From Octopus sinensis (lineage: Eukaryota): a stretch of DNA of 64,000 nt. This document shows positions 54,830-64,000 of this stretch, piece by piece. The position numbers and the translations under genes are program-made. Below the pieces are notes generated by a model. The model did not search any database. It was not told where the DNA came from and was given only the letters and a program-made list of their open reading frames with translations. Each line of letters starts with the position of its first letter. The stretch's first letter is position 1. The DNA is taken from the NCBI RefSeq assembly GCF_006345805.1, contig NC_043001.1, positions 94,984,001 to 95,048,000 of the forward strand, read 5' to 3'.

Positions 54830-55975
54830 CTACTACACTAGCCTCCACATTTCTATTAACTGCAAAAGGTTTTGGCCCCTCTATCAATGCTCAAAAATGG
54901 AAGGGTCCAGTACATTACGGATTGGGTTGTTAACCATCCACACCACATCCATTTCTTCATTCTTACCGAAATCCACCTAGACTACTTGGTGTTCGAAATG
55001 AAAGTAAGGAATTTCAAAACCATCCACGCGGATCCAGTCGACAGAAGGAAGGGCGGAACTGCTATTTTCCTCCATGATACCTTTTCGGCATATGACCTGG
55101 TAGCGGGTTGGCTTTATAGGCCACCTGAAACACTCATACTACGCTTTAAACAGTGCCCCAGCAGTGCTTTTTTCAACAGTGCCATTCTAATAGCATAATT
55201 ATGATGGGAGATTTTAATGTACTATGTGTTGATTGGTCTAGAAACAGTTCAAAATCATGTGCTCCCACCTCAACTGCTAACAAAGAAGCAGTAGAGTCAC
55301 TTCTCGACTGTATAAATAAGTTTTTCTTGTTCCAACTTATCCTTGCGCCAACGATATATCAGAACCTTTTAAACCTTTTTTAGTTGCCAAACTAACACTT
55401 CTATCAGATCATGACATGGTTCTCTGTAACCTTACATGGTTCTCTGCAACCTGAGATTCACCAGCCGAAAGCTAACCCTAGTGACATCTCTCCAGCCATT
55501 CGTTTCATTCCATAGATCCCTATGATGCTGATTGGGACGCAATCATAAACGAGCTATCACATGCTGGCTTCTCTTTCACATTCACATCCCTCCTCCACAT
55601 CAAAATATCTTGGCAGATCTTTATAGACAATGTCACAAATATATGTGCCATAACACATCCCGCCTTCAACTGTGAAGAAAACAAGTGCAGAATTCACAAA
55701 ACAGAAAACCTACTATTAGAAAAATAAAAAGAACAATAAAAAAATTAACAAAATATAATACTGCCAACAGCCAGAGAGAAATTCGATGGGTATCACCCTG
55801 CCCGAATAAGAAAATAACCCCCAACAAGATACAAAGACCATTAACAATAGCCAAAGAAGAGCTGAGAGGAAATAGGCCATATAGAATATGAAACTAAACT
55901 CCAAATTGTTCTCTTTTGCAAAAAAACACCAGGTGTGTGACTCCAGTATAGAACCTCTAATACTGGCAGAAACCT
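54830..55975 (+). pseudogene. Decayed CR1/L2-group LINE, apurinic endonuclease region
   Basis: Ordered motifs FILTEIHL, DRRKGGTAIF, YRPP, IIMMGDFN..DWS, FLFQLILAPT, SDHDMV, and later NSKLFSFAK. Confidence 0.85.
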
Positions 55976-55989
55976 ATCAAAGCATATAT

Positions 55990-56062
55990 ATGAATATGTA
56001 TGTATGTACGTATGCATGTATGTATGTATGTATGTATGTATGTATGTATGTATGTATGTATG

Positions 56063-56126
<64 letters not shown>

Positions 56127-56212
56127 TGTGTGTGTGTGGTGTCTATATATATATATGTAGGAGGCATGTATATTTATATGTATTTATGTATATGTATATA
56201 TGTGCGTGTGTA

Positions 56213-56280
<68 letters not shown>
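55990..56280. repeat. Compound (TATG)/(TA)/(TG)/(GA) microsatellite
   Basis: Directly visible. Confidence 0.92.
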
Positions 56281-56284
<4 letters not shown>

Positions 56285-56502
56285 ACGGATTACATACATT
56301 TTTGTACACCTTTTAAGAATATACGTAAATTCTGTACATCTTTAGTCCTTCTTTTTGTCTCCCTCATACTTTCTTCTTCCTTTCCTCTGTTCTTTTTCTC
56401 TCTACCCATCTCTCATATTTGTTGGCATTTTCATTCTTCAAGCTATCCACTTTCCTACGTTATCTCCCTTGCAACTTCCCCTTCATCTCTTCTCTTTCGT
56501 TT

Positions 56503-56548
<46 letters not shown>

Positions 56549-57357
56549 GTCTAGTTCCTTCCCTAATTCTTCGATTTCTCCCCCACTTCCGCTCTCTTTT
56601 CCATCCAAGTGACCTGTGTTCGACGAAGCATGACATTTCTTTATTGATAGACTGCCGCCCGTACAGCGCCTCTTATTTTCCTGTCTCCTAACTTTCATGT
56701 GTGTTTGCGCCTCAAGGCTTTTACACCACACGCCAGCTCAACTTGATTCGTCGTTATTAGTCGAAAGACACCTGTTCTTATAATCTTGTTTCTATATATT
56801 AATCATGTAACATTTTCTCCGTTTTCTCGTTCTTTTGTCCGTGTTGTCGTACACATTCGCTTGGTTTCCCCAAAAAATTTAATGACCAGCCAATTCTGAA
56901 CAGTCTCAAATGTAATAGGACGAAAGTGTAATGATAATTTGGAAATTTGATTTATGAATAGAAGGTCATGAATGATCCTTTCTTGCATTTTCCTGTCATT
57001 CATTGTATCGTCTATCTGTCTGTATGTCTTATTGTCATCTCTTACGTTCTTATTCCATTTATGGGATATATATATATATATACATATTATTAAAAGGAAT
57101 TACAACTCCGCCTGTTTTTTTATGTTTTACTCATATTCTTTTTAATATTAATGTAAGAATATATAATATATAATATAAATAGTATATATACTGTAAAATG
57201 AAATGAAGTATTGATTGTCTTATTGAATAGATGAAATATTGAATATCAAACATTAAGAGACTAGTATACTTTCTTGCATTGAAGCAGTCTTCAAGATTCC
57301 AGGTTGTGACAGGATGTTTCAACTGTTATATATATATAATATATATATATATATATA

Positions 57358-57393
<36 letters not shown>

Positions 57394-57934
57394 TGTGTGT
57401 GTATGTATGCTTGTATATATGTGTGTATGTATGTATGTATGTATGTGTTTATGTATCTATGTATCTATGTATGTACTAGACTGAAACAAACTCGCAAACA
57501 TATTACTCATATGCTTTATACTACAAATGATATATTTCTAATCTAAGAAATGTTGCTGCATCTATGTATGCAAATTAATACAGAAATAATCTAAAACAGG
57601 CAATTAATATGCTGGAAACTGATTTCCTATAAAAAAGACTTCCATTTCAATTTATATGCTTTTTAATAATATACAACATCTAAAATTTGTGGAACATTTT
57701 TATCTGGTAAACACGTTTTTTTTGGGGGTTATTTTTTCTTAATTTTGAAAAAATAATTAAAAAAATGTTCTGCATTTAATGTGAGATTCTATGGTAACGA
57801 TTATAATATCGACGATTATTGAATGCATTACATGTAATATATGATACTTGAAGAAATATACGCTTATTGAAATATTCACGGTAAGCGTGTGCTTACGAAT
57901 GTGTGTGTGCAAGTGCGTATGCAGTTATTATATA

Positions 57935-57974
<40 letters not shown>

Positions 57975-58007
57975 TTGTGTGTGTGTATATATATATATAT
58001 ATGTATT

Positions 58008-58038
<31 letters not shown>

Positions 58039-58138
58039 GCGTGTGTGTGTATGCACACGTATGTGTATATATATATATGCATAGAGACAAGTACATATGT
58101 ACTTATATATAGTCAAATACATATATGCCTAGACTAGA

Positions 58139-58359
58139 GGCGCAGGTTTCGCTGTGTGGTAAGTAGCTTGCTTATCAACTACATTGTTCCTGGTTCAGTC
58201 CCACTGCGTGTCACCTTATTCAAGTGTCTTCTACTATACCGTCAGGAGGATCACAGCCTTTTGAGTGGATTTGGTAGAAGGAAACTGAATGAATCCCGTC
58301 GCATATATATACATATATATGTGTGTGTGTGTGTTTGTGTGTGTTTGTGAGTGTGTGTG

Positions 58360-58395
<36 letters not shown>

Positions 58396-58594
58396 CTGTG
58401 TTTTCCCCTCACATCGCTTGACAACTGATGCTGGCGTGTTTATGTCCCCGTCAATTATGTCTGCAAGAGAGATCGATAAAATAAGTACTTCGCTTACAAA
58501 GAATAAGTCCTGTTGTCGATTTGCCCAACTAAAGGCGGTGCTTCAGCATGGCCAGAGTCAAATGACTGAAACAAATAAAAGAATAAAGGAATAA
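58139..58594 (+). mobile_element. tRNA-derived SINE (same family as 42644-43058), more diverged
   Basis: GGCGCAGG..GCTGTGTGGTAAGTAGC..GGTTCAGTCCCACTGCGTG, internal TG repeat, tail AATGACTGAAACAAATAAAAGAAT. Confidence 0.85.
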
Positions 58595-58656
58595 AACCTA
58601 ATTTTGCAGATTGACATGCGTATATACGATATATATATTATATATATTATATATAT

Positions 58657-58723
<67 letters not shown>

Positions 58724-60465
58724 CCGCGTGTGTGTGTGTCTGTAAGTATACATATATATGTATACGTATATATATATATATATATATATAAAACATACCA
58801 AGTTTTAGAGTAATACATATTTTGATACGCTTATCAATGAGACGACAAAATCGACGAGGGAGATGTGAAATACGAAATATTTAAAAAGAAAAACCGAAAT
58901 TTTATGTTCCATATACAATGGAAACCTTGCTGACACGAATGTCGTTTCCTCTAAAAAAAAAAAACACCGCATTTTACTTTCGATGAATAATATATGCATT
59001 TATGGAGATTCTTAACATTTTAACAAGAGAAGAAATCATAATTTATGTGTAATATGAAACACCAAAGACAGAGTTTGTTTACGGTATAGAGATAATAAAA
59101 TCTATTGAACATATAACCTTCATTGATTGTAAGCAAAACGTGTCACAGATTAAGCTCTATTATTAATTCAAAATTTACTTTGAAGATATGAAAAGGAAAT
59201 GGAAATACATCTAAGAATATATTCCCATAAAATACGAATTAATTACGTCAAATTATATGTGATAAAACTCTAAATTGTGTAAGACTTTTAGAATTAAGAA
59301 AGGTAACAGAGGCAGTATACATAACAATTTACTGGCTATACCATAACATTGTCTCGACTCTCACATGAATATGAACTCTGGTGTAGATTTGCATGACGTT
59401 ATTTCCTTCTTCAGGTTTTCTAGCACATACTTCGCATTATTTTCTTTGCCTGCTTGTAAAGAATAATCTTCTGGAGGCCATTATTGTCGGATACTTTCGT
59501 AAAAATATATTTGTTTTATACATTTTGAAGAGTAAAGTCATCACTCACAGTTATACATACACACCTTTAAGGGCAGAGATACATTTATCGTGCATGGCTA
59601 ACCGAGTACCAGATACTCCTTAATTATTCAAAAGAACGTCATTAATATATGTAAGTTCCTCAAGCAAGATGTGTTTATATCTATTTAAGTAAATTAACTT
59701 CTTAAAAATATATGTAATATATGCGATTATAAAAATATGTTCTTAACTGCATTGCAGTTAATTCTCTTCTAAGATTATGGAATCTAAAACATCACAACCT
59801 TACCTTTTCGCAAACGTAAAGGAAATTTTTTGAAATGACATCCTTGCTATGAGTGAGGCTAATATCCAGCACTATATTTGAGATGTTCTTCTCCCCCTAT
59901 AACGGAAACTTGAAAGGAATGACGTGTTTCTTTGACAAACATTATTACATCATTCCATTTACATAAACGGTTTCATTTATATCATTGGCCATGTTGAGAT
60001 GTTTCATCCGGGTACATATGTTTAAAGGTATCAAAAAAAAAAAGAAAAACGTAGAAATAAAACTGTTATACCTTTACGCTATCAGCATTGTAGTTCGGTT
60101 GATATTGCCGACAATAGATAAAGAATACACTACAAAAGTGTTATAAAAATACAAAATAAAAACAGCGTCAGTAACAAATACGTAACTCACAAACGATCTT
60201 TTACGAACCAAATATCAATATTTCCCCCACACTAATTCGAACTGTAAACTATGACTGGGCTTCGAAGGCCAACCTGCAAACTGACGACTACATCACTGCT
60301 ACTAGTTATATGCAATGTTCACATCCATTGTCTTCAAAGAGTATCGTACTCTCACTACGATAAAACCTACATAGTTTCAATACACAAATACATAAGCATA
60401 CCTTCTGATCAGGTAAGTATGCATTGCTACAATTTTAAAAGAGTGAAACATCAATATAAATATAT

Positions 60466-60496
<31 letters not shown>

Positions 60497-60804
60497 TATG
60501 TCCGTTCCCCCCGTCTCGAACATCTTCCCTAACAACACATTCCCGTCATTTGGCTCGCCTGTAACTGTTCCTCGGAATCCTTCCCTGTAAAATAACATAT
60601 GTGTGTGTGTGTGTGTATGCATATAAACCCACGGTCATATGGCGTAGGAGTCAAGTGTGTGGACTACTAGTGCCACAATTCCGTGTTCGATTCCAGGCAT
60701 TGACCTAAATAATAAAATAATAATAATAATAATAATAATATAATAATAATAATAATAATAATATAATAATAATAACGATAATAATAATTATAATGATAAT
60801 AATC

Positions 60805-60835
<31 letters not shown>

Positions 60836-60837
<2 letters not shown>

Positions 60838-61151
60838 GAAACTCTCAAAATACAAAGACCTGGAAATAGAGGTAACTAGAATGTGGAATCTGAAAACAGA
60901 AACAATTCCTATCATAGTAGGTGCATTAGGCATGATAAAAAAGCATTCAGACAAATACATAACAAAAACACCAGGACTTACAAACACATATAACATACAG
61001 AAAATTGCACTACTAGGCACTGCACACATCCTACGCAGAACATTTTCCATACAATAACCATCAGAGCATCACAACAAATCAGAGCACATACCCAAGGCAC
61101 ACAGAGCTGCGCTCGGTAGTGAAGTGAAAGCACGCTATAAAAATAAAACTA

Positions 61152-61157
<6 letters not shown>
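60836..61157 (+). mobile_element. Young 5'-truncated Dong/R4 3' end inserted in (AAT)n
   Basis: Open frame KLSKYKDLEIEVTRMWNLKTETIPIIVGALGMIKK..IQKIALLGTAHILRRTF-stop, then 3' UTR, with (AAT)n on both sides. Confidence 0.92.
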
Positions 61158-61222
<65 letters not shown>

Positions 61223-61659
61223 TCAATAGCACAGATTTGCTTGTCAGTTGTTTGACCTTAACCAGTTGAGCATGTCCCTTAGTGGCTGACGATATGTGCA
61301 TCTCTGATCACGAGCAGAAGTAGTGGGGGAGCATCATAGCCATGTGTTGAGAGGGATTCTTTGGGGTTTGAATAATTCACCTCTGGATACATGGGTGGTT
61401 CTTTCAACATCCTTAAACAACCCTTATTCAGGGACCTTTTGAGCGGGATGGGCTACTCAACCTGAAGAAATTTCTAACTGGGCCCCACCTGCAAGGTCAT
61501 GTGCTGTTTATCTTGATATGAGATCACCATGTCGTGCACATATGGTTGTGATACATGTGCCTGGTGTACCCTTATCAGACGGGTAGTCATGATGGGTATA
61601 TTGGGCTTCGTATATTTTACCCCAGTGTCATTTTGATGGCATGCACTGCTCTCTCACTC
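61223..61659. mobile_element. Non-coding (AAT)n-embedded element, copy 2 (left-truncated)
   Basis: Colinear with 6586-7023 with few substitutions, flanked by (AAT)n. Confidence 0.88.
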
Positions 61660-61693
61660 AATAATAATAATCACAATAATAATAATTATAATG

Positions 61694-61762
<69 letters not shown>

Positions 61763-61763
<1 letters not shown>

Positions 61764-61920
61764 TGCCTTTCCCTTGCATAACATCAGTTGTGTGGAGAAT
61801 GGGGCTCGTATGCATGGACGGCTATTGGTCTTCCTGAAACAAATTTGCTCGTACTTGTGCTACGGAGGATAACTTTCTCGGTGCAATCCCATGGTCATTC
61901 ATGATCGAAGAGGGTCTCCT
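61763..61920 (+). mobile_element. 3' half of a SINE (family of 25980-26315)
   Basis: TTGCCTTTCCCTTG..GTATGCATGG..CCCATGGTCATTCATGATCGAAGAGGGTCT. Confidence 0.75.
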
Positions 61921-61981
<61 letters not shown>

Positions 61982-61999
61982 GTAAGTAAATTGTAACTA

Positions 62000-62185
62000 T
62001 ATATTAGATCGCGCTAGCTACACCTTATTTTCTCTCCTTGTTTCTTTCTGTGTTCCTTTCTGTCGAAGGGCGTAGGCTCGAAACGTTAAATACTTTTTTC
62101 ATTTCTCCAGCGTTATATTAATACATCTGTTTGTCGTATACACCACCTGTCTTCCTCTTTGTTTTTGTAAGGCATTCTCCCCCCC

Positions 62186-62190
<5 letters not shown>
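62000..62190 (+). mobile_element. Penelope-like terminal repeat unit with variant hammerhead motif (62055-62090)
   Basis: TTT-CTGTCGA-A-GGGC-GTAG-GCTC-GAAAC-GTT-AAA, between (TA)n tracts. Confidence 0.55.
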
Positions 62191-62258
<68 letters not shown>

Positions 62259-63074
62259 CATATACACACACGCAATTATATCAAATTATAAAGTTTATGC
62301 CTTCTTTTACATTCATCTATTCATTTTTTTATATTTTCTTATGCTTGGCTATTCGTTGTTAATTAGAGAAATATGTATAAGAATTGTTTTTTTTTCTCTC
62401 CGACATATCACTGACAATATAAGATTTCAAAAGCAATAACATTCCTGACAGCTTTCAAAAACGCAACAACAATGGAACTATTACTAATGAACACACGGTC
62501 ACTTCGAGAAGGTCAGTACTAAAGCAAACTTAATAAAGAAAATAACATATACGAAATGAACACAAACATCCCTATTAATATATAATTATACAAACAAACA
62601 AAGATGTTGCTGATATTGGTAGCATCATTAGCAGAAACAAAACTGTTGTTGAAAAGATTAACCGACGCTGTAATGAATGTATAGAAAAACGGCTTGTTGA
62701 AGATATCGATGAATAAACTAGTGGCAGCAATTTGACGTTTAGAGTTTCATGTAATCATAATATATATTTAATTGGATGTATTTCTTCACCATCTTCTAAG
62801 TATGTTAGCTTTGTTAGAGTAATTGAAAGGAGATTTATTGGCCTAGCCTCATAAATAAATGCTGGCGGAATTATTACATGTCTACTCAGCAATAGGACAT
62901 TCGATGTAAGGAGGCATGAGGAAAAGAACACCCGTTTACACACAGACGTGCACACACGCAGACACATAAGCACACACACAAACACGGACAAACGATAACA
63001 AATATCGTTTAATAGAATAAATGCGCTTACTTACATAATATAACATATACATGTATATAAATATAAATATATGT

Positions 63075-63111
<37 letters not shown>

Positions 63112-63145
63112 AGTGTGTCTGAGTGTGTGTGTGTGTGTGTGTGTG

Positions 63146-63448
63146 TAGGTGCAATGGCCGAGTGGTTAGGGCAGAGAACTCGCGGATTCGATTCCCAGAC
63201 CGGGCGTTGTGAGTGTTTATTGAACGAAAGCACCCAAAAAGTTCCACGAGGCTCAAACAGGGGGCGGTGGCGATACGTGCTGTACTCTTTCGCCACAACT
63301 TTCTCTCACTCTTTCTTCTGTTGGCCTGTTCGCTTAGCCAGCGGGGTGGCGTCATTTGAAGGCTAAATCAATGCGAAGCGCATTGTGACCAGCGATCCAG
63401 CGATGTGTAACGACATCTGATAGCCTGTTCGAACTCGGTGATCAAGTG

Positions 63449-63452
<4 letters not shown>
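63146..63452 (+). mobile_element. tRNA-derived SINE, same head as 48225-48533 but different tail
   Basis: AGGTGCAATGGCCGAGTGGTT..GATTCGATTCC..AAAAGTTCCACGAGGCTC..CAACTTTCTCTCA shared; unrelated after ~63323. Confidence 0.8.
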
Positions 63453-63533
<81 letters not shown>

Positions 63534-63674
63534 TATACATTTATGCACACACGTACATGTATTCAGAGGTGCTTATTGACAAAATATATGTGCGCATAGA
63601 GATATATGTTTATGCGTATGTTTCGACACATATACCTTCATCAGTAATCTAAATATTGTTTCATTTATATTGAG

Positions 63675-63709
<35 letters not shown>

Positions 63710-64000
63710 ATATACATATTTGTAGCCTAATTTATATATTCCCATTTCGTATTGAAAGCACAGTTTGAATTTCAATTGTTTCTTCCTGATTCTTGTAAAA
63801 TATTTTGTGATTCTTCTAAAAACTTTCTTCACGATTCTTGTAAAATTTACTGATTAAAAATATCACTGACTGTTTGGTTCTTAACTCTGAAGTGCATTTG
63901 TTATGCGTTGTATGTTATATCTATGTCTTCAAACATACGAGCTACCGGAAATGCTGATATAGTATGTATCAAATGCTTTTAGCTATTTTATTATTTATTT

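Overview
AT-rich, microsatellite-dense animal intergenic or intronic DNA. The repeat families look like those of octopods, which is an inference from SINE and LINE types. I can support no host protein-coding exon; nearly all ORFs in the track are translations of (TA)n, (CA)n or (AAT)n tracts. The window contains: (1) several Dong/R4-type non-LTR retrotransposons with a restriction-like endonuclease (RLE), most next to (TAA)n tracts. One has a long, nearly intact RT-CCHC region (35.1-37.6 kb, minus) whose apparent N-terminal half lies next to it in the opposite orientation (38.5-39.4 kb, plus). (2) A ~630-bp non-coding element embedded in (AAT)n, in two copies. (3) Decayed mariner, Tc1 and DD37D-type transposons, MITEs and Helitron-like elements. 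(4) tRNA-derived SINEs. (5) Decayed CR1-like and L1/Tx1-like LINEs. (6) At least three short repeat families carrying minimal hammerhead-ribozyme motifs with a palindromic stem III, typical of Penelope-like elements. The most striking structures are two long fold-back palindromes (27.8-28.0 kb and a perfect 414-bp one at 32.3-32.7 kb) and a cluster of template-switch-like rearrangements at 31.8-39.4 kb. All of this was read by eye, so boundaries of decayed elements are approximate.
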